Shown piece by piece: positions 37,501-49,800 of a stretch of 64,000 bases of DNA. The notes under the pieces are model-generated. The model was not told the DNA's origin. It saw nothing but the letters and a program-made list of their open reading frames with translations, and did no database searches. The stretch is from positions 22,434,213 through 22,498,212 of the forward strand of contig OZ234493.1 of NCBI GenBank assembly GCA_965153455.1. Direction: 5' to 3'. The stretch comes from Sphagnum compactum (taxonomy: Eukaryota). A program made the translations under genes and the position numbers. Numbering within the stretch: position 1 is the first letter of the stretch; each line of letters opens with the position of its first letter.

Positions 37501-40132
37501 GACCAATTCAATCAATCCAAAACAAGGCAAGCTATAAGGGCATATGATGTCATGTAATTTTATTTAACACCATGTGGTGTTTAGGTCAATGTTACAACTT
37601 GTAAATTGTCAAGTGCGTTATTGCATCAAAAATCAACGTGAGACTTGTCCAATGGATGACAAACTATGAGTAGCAAGATCAATTTATAGACATTCTAACT
37701 TACAACATGTGTGCAAAGTTGTGAGGAGTATGGGGATTGTCAAACAATTGTCATAGCTTGCAATGTGTATGAATGGGTATGAAAATCCACAAGGGAAACA
37801 TGTCTTTAAAACCAAAGAATATTCTAATAATAATGTGTGATAGTAATTATGTAATAAAATTTGTATTAGGGAGAAATTATTGGACCATAGATTGTTTCTG
37901 ATGTTCATTCCTAGTTTCACAAAATGTGATAGCCTTTTAACATGTTATTGATTATATTTAATAGTCAAAATATTTGTATGAAAGAATACTAAAGATTTGG
38001 AATATAATGGCATCTACCGCACATAAGTAGTTTTGCAACATGTGTTCCATTACTTCTTTTCAAACCATTTTTTGCAAATGATATCATGGACATTACTTGG
38101 TTGCAACCTATTCCAAGCATCATTTTAGTGTTGTATAATGTAAAAACAATGTTTTAAAATTTTGATTGTAGATATTGAGGTTCATTAAGTGGCTAATGTG
38201 TGGGTTGTTGAACATTTGAATTGGCCATAAAAATTAATGAAATTTATTAAGTGATGCCATGATTTTTTGGATTGGTGGATATGCCTCTTTGATGAAGTTG
38301 CTAGTGTATTTAGGATAGAAAGATAAATGTTTGAATGAAGGTTTTGAAAATTGAACAAGATGAAACAACTCAGTTATTTAAGGTAGACATTTCCTACGAA
38401 GGTAAGGCAAAAAATGTGTAGTATTTAATGTTTTTGAATTGGAGTTTGCTTAAGGATTTTTGAGTTGGAATTTCCTAGATTTTATGTACAAAAATTGTAC
38501 TTCAATGGTGAAATACAAACCAAAATTTCTTTTTTCCATTTTCAAGGTTGAATTCCATTGTGTGACAATTAGGCGTAATGAAGGTTTAATTACACTAAGG
38601 TTTGTGAGGTAGGTTTGAAAATCTCTTGGTAATTCTTTGGTTGTTTTGAGAATTGTAATGGAAATGAACATGATTGCACCGGGTTTGGATGAATTGGTTG
38701 ATCAATTTACATTGTGTTCATAATAGAGTTTGTGACATTTTACTAAGGTCCAAGTTAGGTAATGTATACCATTCAAGCCTTGAAGGACAAACTCTTTGAT
38801 TCACTCTTATATTTTGGTTGCTTTCAATATTAATAAATTAAAAAGTGTCAAATATTTTAAAGTATGATAAATTAGACCGCCATGTCTCTATCATCCATTT
38901 GGTGTGCACATTTGTCATCCATTTAAGTTCATAAAAAATAAAAAATACTTAAATATCTAATGTAGTAGGTTCATTCACTAATTTTTTTCATTGTGTTTAG
39001 AAAACTTGAAATGCGTTGAAAAAAGACCTATAATCATGAACAATAATTATCCACATCTTTACATATATAATGAGCCAATTTTTTGTCATGAACATTTTTT
39101 ATCACCTTAGAAGTCATGGATGACACTTGTTCTTGTGTTTAGATGTCGGTTACAATTTAAATACATTTCATTTTCATTAATGCAATTGCCACTATTTTGT
39201 TATATTGGGGAATTCCATAATATTATTGTCCATTGCTGTTTCTTAAATAATCCATGGTATGTATATATCTGCTGCAAATTTGTCGTGTTTTGTTTGCACA
39301 TGGAACTTTTTGATTTTATAAGTAACATTATGCACGAATATATGAAAAGGATATGTGCTACAAAATCTACAAGAAACTTTTAAACCCAAGTTGACAAATT
39401 TATTGCATTGTGGCAAATATAGCCAGGTTCATATTGGTACTATGTGAAAACCCTATTATAGCAGAATAATCCATCTTAACATAATATAACATTTTAACAT
39501 AGCATAGCATAGCACTACCCAACCATGGGAAAAACCCCAAAACCCCAACAAGTCTGCATATTCTGTGCTCAGGCTAACTTCCTCATGACAACACCTAAAT
39601 GCAATTGGAAGGCAGCTAAAACCACAAAGAATTATGAAAGACAACGATATACCACAAACCACAAAATGTGAAGCAGTGAGTTGATGGAGTTCTAAAATGC
39701 ACAAACGCAACCAAGATGTGAACAGACACAGCTTTCTCATTGGCCATCAGATCAACATAGCAATTTCATCATCCAAAATTGCACCATTTGCTCAAATTGC
39801 AGATGCAGTCAGGCATATCTTTGGATCAAAAGAACAAGATGCTCAGCTTTACATAACTGTAGATCCCAGAATTATTGGCTGGGTCCAATGTACATCTATG
39901 GAAGCCCTTGTTCATCTCTACCAACATATTATCAGACTAAAGTTCCACATAAGGGGTTCCCGGCACTTGCTGTAGCTGTGACAACTAGCAACACTCCATG
40001 TACTGTGGTGGCGTGCCACCAGAAACCAGCAGACAGAGAGAGACACCAACACACTCTGCAGAACTATATATGTGCTAGACAAATGTCATCTCAACCGATT
40101 TCATGTTGAGATACAGACATACCCATGTTTTC

Positions 40133-41534
40133 TTAGCGAGTCAAAGCACCACCTGCATCACGGTATTGCTTTCGCATCACCTTCTTGTACTCTGCAATGA
40201 TGAATTCACACATGTGGGTAAGGGTGTTGCTTGTTGTTTCCCTGCACATCTAGAAACTAGAAAAAGAAAAAGAAGCCATATTGTTTCAAAAGTGCCTACC
40301 TTCTTGATCACTCCAAAGGGCAGCTGCATAGCTGTTCAGGGGACTATCATTATTGGGTTCTGCCAACATCATCAGATCCCATAACAACAGAAACACAGGA
40401 GTACATCAGCAATCACAACATGCAAATTCAGTTCTGTTTTTGCAGAATTATGTCTGTTTGTACTCACAGAGAGAGTTTTTGGTCAAGACATCTTAGAGTC
40501 ATGCAAAGGAAAAACCAAAGTCTGTCTGCTTTGTAACTGGGTGCCAAGCCAAAGACACTTGATATATACATAAGAAGATCTACGTTTTGGAAGGATTGTG
40601 TTACTCACCACCTAATAGACTTTGGATGGAGAGCAAGATCGTTCGAACATCATATGCAGATGACCATTTATCCTGACAAAAAGGAGCATATTCTGTCAAC
40701 CAAATCTGTGTCCATGCAGAATATGTTGGCAAAGCAGTGGAGCATCATCAACTGAGCAAGCACCAGAGCATCAACTGGAAACTTGGAAAAACAAGATGGG
40801 GTGGAAAATCTACCTGCAATATATCTAGGCAAATGTTGCCATATTGATCCACATTGGGATGGAAGCAGAGTGTGTCAAATTTGACAGTGGGTGGCTTGAA
40901 GGGATAGTCAGTAGGGAACTTCAGAGTCAGCTTGTATGACAGCCCCTCATACACAGTGGTAGTGCTACCCTTGATGGTACCAATCCAAGCAAATATGTTG
41001 TCGCCCTCTGGAAATGCAGAAATGCCCGGATCTCCACATGTCTGGAAAGAATCAGAAAACCCACAACATCCACAGAAGAATCAGACCCATAACAGACATT
41101 TAATCACTTGTCAGTCACAGAGAAAACCTAACTCTAGAATATGAGTCCTGCAATGCCCATCCTGTGGTGGTGGCATCATCTGCAACACATCAATGCTCAT
41201 GGGTTGAGGTGCATACCATGAGAGACATCAACTCAGATTGCAACCTGCACGTAAAATCACACAGTCGACAACATCGGGGATTAGCTTGCAGTCTGATTCA
41301 GCAACATACAACACCAACCCAATGCGGTCCTCACCAACCAGGGCACAGAGGTACCCAAAAGATACTGGGGAGCTTGCAGAAAAGAGAATAAAGGGAGTGA
41401 GAGAGATTCACCGACCTGCGAGAGACTGAGTGGCTATCAACCGGTTGTGATGCAGGTCTCTGCTGTTTCCCGCTTGCCGGCTGCACAATACTTGCATTAG
41501 TCGTCTGCACATCTTGGGGCACGTTAGGGTTCAT
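40133..41534 (-). CDS. UBC19: Ubiquitin-conjugating enzyme E2-C type (UBC19/UBC20-like, APC/C partner), 185 aa, 6 exons
   Basis: Exons 41534-41416, 41244-41217, 41041-40814, 40672-40609, 40359-40300, 40191-40133 (558 nt). N-terminal extension, then [80 protein letters not shown] with the active-site Cys. Confidence 0.93.
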
Positions 41535-42091
41535 CGTCGCTTTCTTGTTGTTTACTTCACCTTCGTCCCCAAGCTTCGGCTATTTGAAAAATTGCGGTTC
41601 ACTCAAACAGCGCGCAACAAAAACACGGAGCAGTCAATCCGATCTCAAAACAGACACAGCATATGCCACACACGGAAGCAAGAGAACAAGGGCCCTCAAT
41701 ATCTATCAAAACATCAAACAAGAATCTCGATCCAATCCCCGAAAAGAACTCCAAACAAAACAAAACAAAAACAAAAACAGCACTCCCAAACCTACAGTAA
41801 GCTGTTCCTGTATTCTCACCTACTGGGAAGCCAAATATGCCAAACCCACAAACAACAACACAGGAGACTGGTCACTCACACGGGGCTTGAGAAATTATGT
41901 GTTGGAAAAACCAGACCTTACGACAACAGCTTACATACACAGGAAGGGGACTTTACAGAGTATTTGAAAATAGAGCGAGCCTCCGAATACATGGGATGGG
42001 GATTGGGGTGTTGAGAGAGAGGGAGAGAGAGAGAGAGAGAGAAGGAGAGGAGAGTGCGAGATGATGTTGGTGCAAGTGCGAGTCTGCCGCT

Positions 42092-42202
42092 GCAACGGAA
42101 GGCGTCTGGACTACGATCCGAATAAAAAATGACCGTTTGGGCACAACGGCTCCTTCCTTCCTTCCTTTCCTTCATTCCCTCCAAAGCGGCAACCAAACGG
42201 TG
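42092..42202. promoter_or_regulatory. Cluster of four AACGG (MSA / MYB3R core) motifs upstream of the E2-C gene
   Basis: AACGG at 42094, 42145 and 42196 plus CCGTT at 42133, within ~110 bp just upstream of a CT-rich leader. Confidence 0.65.
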
Positions 42203-42220
42203 CCTGCTCAGGTCCTGTCA

Positions 42221-42512
42221 GTAGCTAGGTAGGTAATTAGGTAGGTACGTAGGGAGGGAGGTATATTAGGAGGGTGGTAGGTAGGTAGAGAAATAAGCAT
42301 GTATGTAAGTAGGAAGGTTAGAAGGTAGGTATGTAGAGAGGTAAGGTAAATTAGGTGTGGAGGTAGGTAGGTAGGTATGTATGTAAGTTAGTAGTAGGTG
42401 GAGTAGTAGTAGGTATGTAGGGAGGGAGGTAGATTAGGAGGTAGGTAGCTAGGTACACAAATAAGTTGGTAGGTAGATAAGTAAGGAGGTAGATTAGGTT
42501 TGTAAGAAGGTA
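42221..42512. repeat. Degenerate (TAGG/TATG)n purine-rich tract
   Basis: Repeated gtaggtaggt, gtatgt and ggagg units. Confidence 0.8.
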
Positions 42513-43311
42513 GTTGTTACTTGTTTGTCAGCAGGTGCTTCACTTACTGGTCAGGTAGGTACCAGCGTCTGCCGGTTACTGAGTTTTGACCCGGATATCA
42601 TCCCGGTTATGAATAACCTAGTTAGCCAGTTGCTGAATTTTTTGATAATCACTTGATATTTCAAATTTGAAAATCTAATAACTTACCCGGGATGACCTGA
42701 TTATTTGTCTATGTAGATTTTCAATCCTTAAGCACTAATAGGAAAAAATAAAGAATGACAAATAGAAAAATAATAAAATCTGTTTTTTTATTTTTTAAAA
42801 CCATTATAACCGATGTTGAACCAACAACAGGTTAACAAACGGTTCTCAATCCAGTTTTTGATAACCTACTGGGCACTCAAGAAATAGTTCATTGGTCCTC
42901 AATAAGTTGGGCTTTCCCTGTGGATTTACATTAGGGCTTCCTTGAGCTTTACCTTTGGGTTTACATTAGGCTAGGTTTATTATTATTATTATTATTATTA
43001 AAAAATTAAATTAATTAAATTAATTAAATTAATTTTATAATTTTAAGAAATTAATTTGATTATTTAATTTCTTTATAAAAAATTTACATTAGTGTAGTTT
43101 GAGGTCACAACCCAAGTGTAAAGCATGGGTCCATTTTTTCCTTTGTATTTTGGGGACACTCCCAAGCCTCCATTTTCCTGAGAACATGAATTATTTTTTT
43201 TGGAAAAGACCTGCCGGTCTGGCAGGGGCCTTCTGGCTTCTGGAAGTTTAGTGTCCAGCCTGAAAAATAACTTCCATATTGCCAGAAATTATTTTTTAAA
43301 AATATTTTTTA

Positions 43312-43553
43312 GGAAAATTTTAAATTCACACCTTTTTTGGTTAAATTCACACCCTTTCTTCGCGCGTCTGATTTTATGCAGATTAAACTTTAAGAGTATG
43401 TTCCTTTATCAGTTCAATTACTTCTGCACGCAAGTTCTCGAGTTGTGCCCTGATTGACCACATACCCCACACTCAACTTTAATCTGCATATAATAGGAGG
43501 TGTGAAGAAAGGGTGTGAATTTAACCAAAAAAGGTGTGAATTTAAAATTTTCC
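43312..43553. mobile_element. Foldback MITE (Mutator-like) with 50-bp perfect TIRs
   Basis: GGAAAATTTTAAATTCACACCTTTTTTGGTTAAATTCACACCCTTTCTTC at both ends in inverted orientation, with further imperfect arm pairing; flanks atttttta / acttttta resemble a TSD with 1 mismatch. Confidence 0.85.
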
Positions 43554-43784
43554 ACTTTTTAAAGAAAAATCTGTTTCTTTAAAAATGGACTGGTTCTTTA
43601 CTCATGTGAAGGGTTCCCTAAATGGAACTTTTTTTCCTTTGTATTTTTTGATCCCTCACCTACCCTAAGAAAACCTCTTTTCATGGACAGCCTGAAGGAG
43701 AAACTTCATTGGCTGTGTTTTTTATGTAGGGGAAGGGTCTAGGTTTAGAGGAACAGTCCATGGCAACCAAAAAATCAAATACAG

Positions 43785-44177
43785 TAGAGTTAGGACCCGT
43801 AAAGTCTCGCGATTAGTGGGTGAGAACAGTCAGTTTGAGCATAATAAGGCGTCAAACGCGTAATTGGCAATGAAAATTTTACAAAGTGAAATAAATAACT
43901 GGGACCCAAAACTACTTCTCTCACCAATTTTGGTGGTAAACTGAGTTTCCTGTTGTCTTTCTTTTTCCTGCGCGCCCCCCACTGCTGCTGCATATATTTT
44001 CACTGCTCCTACCTGTGCAACTCCTATAATTACCGTCGAACTTTGTGCATTAAATCCTGACTTTCAGCCTTTCATACTGAGATTGAATAAATTACCTTAC
44101 TTTTGCGGATACCGCTGAAAGAGGGAATAAGGGGTGAAAGCAGGCCCAAAGACAGGGTGACTTTAAGGATAACTCTA
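43785..44177 (-). mobile_element. MITE family 'TAGAGTT', copy B (inverted)
   Basis: Ends TAGAGTTA...TAACTCTA; body is the reverse complement of copies A and C. Confidence 0.8.
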
Positions 44178-44252
44178 CTAATTATTTAGATGCTTTTGAA
44201 TTTTTTTAAAAAGGTAAAGTTAGATGGATCATGGAACAATGAATAATTCATA

Positions 44253-44767
44253 CTAGTGTGACCTGTGCGCTTTGCCCAACTGTAGAACCCGTTACAAAAT
44301 AGGGAAACTCAACATGTGAACATTGTTTTGCAATGTATGTATCGATTTTTTGAACAGTCGAATATGAAAGGAAATCATGCTCGAATTGAATGGTAAGCCT
44401 TCAAGCATTATCACTTACCACGTCCTCAACTGATTTTTCCTTCCAAAACCTGGTTTTTTAGAATTTATTTGAATTTTCAGTGGCAGAAATTACTTAAAAA
44501 TCAATAGCTCCCGCATTCTGAATCCAAATTGTACCCAAAAAATTCCATAAAACCTGGCTCATCAAGACCTTTCCAACAACATCAAATGCACATTCCAATT
44601 CCTCTGAAATTTTCAGCTATGATTATTGAATAAATCATTCAATATTCAAGAACTTTTTCACCACAAGTCCAAGTCCAAACGTCATGGAACCAAGCCCATG
44701 CACCCCTCCTTGTTGAGAGCTTTCCAAAGACGCCAAGAACACAATCTGAAAGCATCCCAGTTCGGTA
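44253..44767 (-). mobile_element. Non-autonomous Helitron-like element, copy 2 (5'-truncated)
   Basis: ACTAG terminus and shared blocks TTACCACGTCCTCAACTGAT, CTGAATCCAAAT, GCTCATCAAGA and CATGGAACCAAGCCCA with 4892-5272. Confidence 0.65.
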
Positions 44768-45815
44768 ATTCATATATCTGCTTGAAAAAAATTCCTATCT
44801 ATATTATTGTCCAATGTATTTGGCACTTCTAATATATAGGCATGAAAGGATATCCAAGCACAGGAGAGGGGCTTCTTGAGAACCTTATAGGAGTTGTTGA
44901 GCTACCTGTCCTGAAGCAGGTAGGGTAAGTGGAGGGTATGAAAATTTTGGGAGGTTTATTTGAAGGGTTTAGGGGACCTTTCCAATTTATATTTAAATAA
45001 AATTTAAGCACCCGGTAAATTATGTTGTCATCCTGGCTTGGGACCTTACAAAACATAGACTGTGTCCTCAATATACAGCAAGCAAAGTGGGTGTGCCAGG
45101 CTTAATAGTCGAGTTGTGAGCTCCATATACCCGTAGGGTATATCCATTGGCAACATATATGATGGGCATACAGATGAAATTTTCTTGACATAATGAAACT
45201 AATTGTATGGACGAGATATGCATGACCCTTTATGATGTGAAGTGAAATTGATCATGTAGATGAAAGTAGACCACAGGGATGCATCAAATATCGTTCAATT
45301 TCATTCAAATGGATGAAAGGCGACAATATTATTAATGCGAATGCCAGAGGATGAACTTGAAGCACATGGATGAGACTTGACAATTTGGAACTGACAGCAT
45401 ACATGACATTAATAATGACATGGAACAAAATATGTTCATCTGAATGACACAAATGAAGCAGACCATATGGATGAAATTTGATGACATGGTGTTGATGGAT
45501 GAAATTGATCACACCAACCTTGTTGTCCATATGGATGAAATCTTAGCAATGTGAATGAGGGTAATTTTAATCAATATTTCGTTTCGTTTCGCTAAACTAT
45601 ATTATAGTGGTCAACTTCAGGCATGTCATGAACTTTCATTGTCTGTTAATTTTCATCATCCATGTCCTCATTTTCATCCATGGGTTCACTTAAAATCAAT
45701 TGCAATTTCATAAAGTCCACACTTATCTTGCACAAATATGGAGGTGTGATGTGTTAAGAAGCAATTGCCCATTTTGATGTTTCACATGTGTAATACAAAA
45801 ATTTCCATGGGATAA

Positions 45816-46189
45816 TAGAGTTATCTGTAATAAAGTCACCATGTCTTTACCCTATCTTTAGGCCTCCTTTCACCCCCCGTCCCCTCTTTGAGTGGTATCT
45901 GCAAAGTATTGAAATTTTATCAAATCTCCCACGGTTCGAGAGTATTTATAGTAGTTGTACAGGTAGACCATAGGAGCAGTGAAAATATATGTAGCTGCAA
46001 TGGAGGCGCTCAGGAAAAAGGAAAGACAGGATGAAACTCAGTCTACCACCTAAATTGGTGGACAAAGTAGTCTGGGTCCCAATTATTTCGTTTTGTAAAA
46101 TTTTCATTCCCAGTTAAGCATTTGATGCAGTATTATGCCGAAACTGGCCGTTTTGACCTCCTAATCGCCGGACTTTTCGAATAACTCTA
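45816..46189 (+). mobile_element. MITE family 'TAGAGTT', copy C
   Basis: TAGAGTTAT...ATAACTCTA inverted termini; homologous to 3097-3501. Confidence 0.8.
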
Positions 46190-46856
46190 CCGTGCAGGTC
46201 GAAGTGCAAACATTCCCAAAATAAGGGGACTTGGATTCGGTGGTTAGCAAGTCCAGCCCACATTTTCCAAGCGTACACAACCCACGGGCTTTAACCATCA
46301 TCATAAAGCACAAGGATATTATGAACCTATACATATGTAGATTACAAGGTGTAGGAGGTGAGGGATCTTACCCCTACTCCTTAGAGAGGGAGGGATCTTA
46401 CCATAAGTAGCCATAAGATCCATCCTACTCTTAAGCAGTAGGCATAGGATCCCTCTTTGTTTCTAAGAGGCCTGTTCATGGATATAAGGTACCCCACACC
46501 AAACGCCATGTAGGAAATTTCTCCATGTCCCTTACACAAACAAGAAATAAATACTGTGTAAGAAGCTATTGCTGCTTCTGTTCAATAACATCATCACATA
46601 AGACACAACCATCAGGAATGTCAGAAAAATTAAAAACCTTCAAGAAGATCACGATAACTAAAATTCCATTCTTAACTGACAAAGGGCCTCCCTGATTTCC
46701 TGTAGTCTAGCTGCTGCAGCAGCAGCCCTCTTTCTTGTCCACTGTTGTTGGTCAAACCCTAGCATGCTTGTGTAGTAGCATGGACATTCTGGAGATCAAT
46801 TTATAAACCCTATTTCCAGATTACTCTGAAAGATTTTGTGTGCTGTATGTATCTAA

Positions 46857-49800
46857 CTAGATATTCAGAGGCTCAGATTCAGAATCTACTCCCTTCTCCG
46901 CAACCCAGGTCTCCACTGATCCTGTAAACAAGTTCAATTGGTAGTTAAACATGTGCCTTTTTCGTACTCCAGGTCTCCATCTGAATGATTCAATGATTCA
47001 ATCAGATGGAGAAATTCAGTACAGACAGTACCCTACATTCAACCTACATCTGGATTCTTGTCACAAACCTTGCATTCCATAACTGATCTTCAGTTTTCCA
47101 GGTTAGATCTAGTTCTTGAAATATCATATTGATTCCCAGACTAGACTCAGGACATCAGAACTGTAGTTCTGAAAATGCAGAGCCTAACAAATGATTTGCA
47201 ACTGAAACACAAAATGCAGAACCAAGCATAAAGAAGATGTGGTAGACAATGAGATGATACAGGTTACCGATTCCAGGGTGCCTTAACACTTACTGTTTCT
47301 GTGGATCTCTGCCACCAACATAAGCCGTCGCTGAAGAAATGCAGCAAGTAGTAAAAATACTGCGCACATCCCAAACATACCTGTGATAGGGAATGCACTC
47401 ACCTGCAATGCACAATTAAAAATCAAAAGACAAGCCAATACAAGGCGCTGAAACTGTTCTACTTCCCAAACAAGCTGTACAACTACTGGATTCCTAAGGC
47501 CATGCAACTAAGAGTATTCAGCATGACAAATCTTCACTGAGATATATTGCATTCTTACTGTGTTATTTACACTCCCTCTGTCCCAGACCAATTTGGGGAA
47601 TCTCTGCTTCACTTGTCCTCTTGATAAACAAATGTAGAACTGACAATCTCAAGAGCACATGGCACACTTCTTGATGACCACCTAACAAATTTGCTCAACT
47701 GATCAGTTATCCTGTTCCCTGGCCTTGTAAAAGAACTTGGAGATGGTGCCTAGCATTTACAAAGAACTGTATGGAAGAGTTCATTTGGCAGCCAGCAAGC
47801 TTTAAGGTTTGTTTTCACTCACATTATACAAGACAATGCAGACAAAAATATTGAGTGGAATACGGAAGAAGTTCATGATGGTGCTCCTGGATTCTTCAGG
47901 AATGTACTGTGACCGCATCTTCATGATGGATGGCCAGAATAACCCAACACAGGCCTCAAAGAGGCAAAAACCAAGTAAGTTGAAGCGACCACCAGGTGAA
48001 ATACTTCCACCCTGGGCAACTACTGGCTCCACAAAGAACTGCCACGCCAATGTCCAAAAAATGCCATCTCAAGATTAAATATAGTCAAATGTCAGGGCAG
48101 CATTTTCAGGAGCAGTAGAGTGGGAATCAATTCTGATTGAGATAAAGCCAGGGTAGTAGCACATGAAACAGACTGCCAGTGGAGGTACCACTTCTAGTTT
48201 GTATCATGCAGTATCCAGGTCCATTATATATCTTCCCAACCTAATAGCATGCTACAAGTGATAGTCACATTCATTGTTGACCATAGTGGTAACCATTGTG
48301 ACTCACTTATGCCTGACTACTGTTTCTGCAAAAGCCACACAGAGGGATGACAAAAGTTCCCAAAAACTCAAGAATGGGACTGCGGAAATAAGTTTCTTGA
48401 TGGTTCTGAAAATGAAGGATTCTGAGGAAGAAGAGACCAGGTCACATAGAGACAGTCAAGCTGACAGGGAATTCTGGAAAACTTACACTAATCAGCACTG
48501 GAAGACACAGAGAACCAGCTGCAACAAGGAAAACAGACTGCATGTAGCTTTCCACCTTCAAATCTGTACGTGCCAGAAGACGTGATGCCAGAGAGCTGCC
48601 CAACATTGAGGCTAGCATAAAGGTAGCAAAGATGAACCCATGAGGAATGATCTGTTTATTTGGACTCAGTGCAGGTGTCCAAAGGAATACAAATGTGTAC
48701 ATTGAGCCCTCAAAAAGAGACTGGATTGCACCAAGAAGAGCAATTTTCTCATCTGCACACCAACCAAGCAGCCAGGGAACATTTCATCAAGGAGGTTTCA
48801 ATACCAGCCAGTGGAAAAAAGTTCTATCCCAGGGAGAACAATATTTAGAATAATTTATCACATTTTGTTTTTCCTTCAACTGGACAGTTATCTGAAAGTA
48901 TTTCATCTTTTAAAGGCCAAAGAGAGAACTTTTATCACCCTGCAACCAATGAAATAAACTTCAAGGAGATTATACCATCTCTATAGCATTCCCCATCCAC
49001 AGACTAACCTCACACTGAAAGGAACCAAAAGGCAGTTAAGTAGGCAACATCCAATAACAGCAAATCAAAAGTGGGTGGAGTTAGAAAGCAAAGCATCCTT
49101 ACCAGAGGTAATAGCAGAAGCAGCTTGTTGAAATTGGGAAACAATAGTCTTGCCCTCTGAGGGATCCCCATAGTTTTCTGGCCATGTGTAGATAATGATG
49201 CCCATGCCTATTGCTAAAACACATGATGCTGCATCAAAAGGTGCAACAGGACCAAGGCTGAAATTGCCCACCAGTGTATTGGCTACAAGCCCCGCCAAAA
49301 TGGCAACCAGCCCATTCCCCAAGAAAATGGCCTTTGAAAATGTCAAAGATAACCACTGGGCTTCAAATCCTCTCTGTCAGCACACAGAGAAGAGATTGAT
49401 AGTGAGAGTTTCTCTTACAACACATAAATACACAAGAAAGGAGTGCACAAGCTTGTACTGGTAACAACATAGTTATGAGACTGCAGAGAAACTCCACAAT
49501 ATTGCTCAAGGGTAACTGTTGTGTCAATTACTGCAAAACCAAAACTAACATGAATGAATAACTGCAGTTGTGACCTTAAGTGTGTCACAAAAATATTAGA
49601 TCTTGACCTTCATCATGGATAGCAGTGACTAGCTGCCATGACTCCCAATTGACTTCATTGGCTCCCAGTGATGGGTGTAAATAAGTGTATAACGATCCTC
49701 CAGAATTCAGACAACTTAAAAAACTCCCAAGTTTCTGTTTCATTTCTGGAAGCAAGGCGAAGACTCATTCATCATGTTGCCTGACATCAAGAGACAAAGC

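Noticed and set aside
37680-38680. Possible hAT catalytic-core remnant (LIVTQWNSTLKM resembling TRWNST)
   Set aside because: A single weak motif; other candidate motifs are in the wrong order, so it is too degenerate to call.
41514-42014. 166-aa and 140-aa plus-strand ORFs
   Set aside because: They are antisense to the 5' leader/intron of the E2 gene, low complexity, and show no recognisable domain.
47069-47082. Possible 14-nt micro-exon in the transporter gene
   Set aside because: Not needed: the exon ending at 47294 splices in phase to 46921, giving ...SESEPLNI*.
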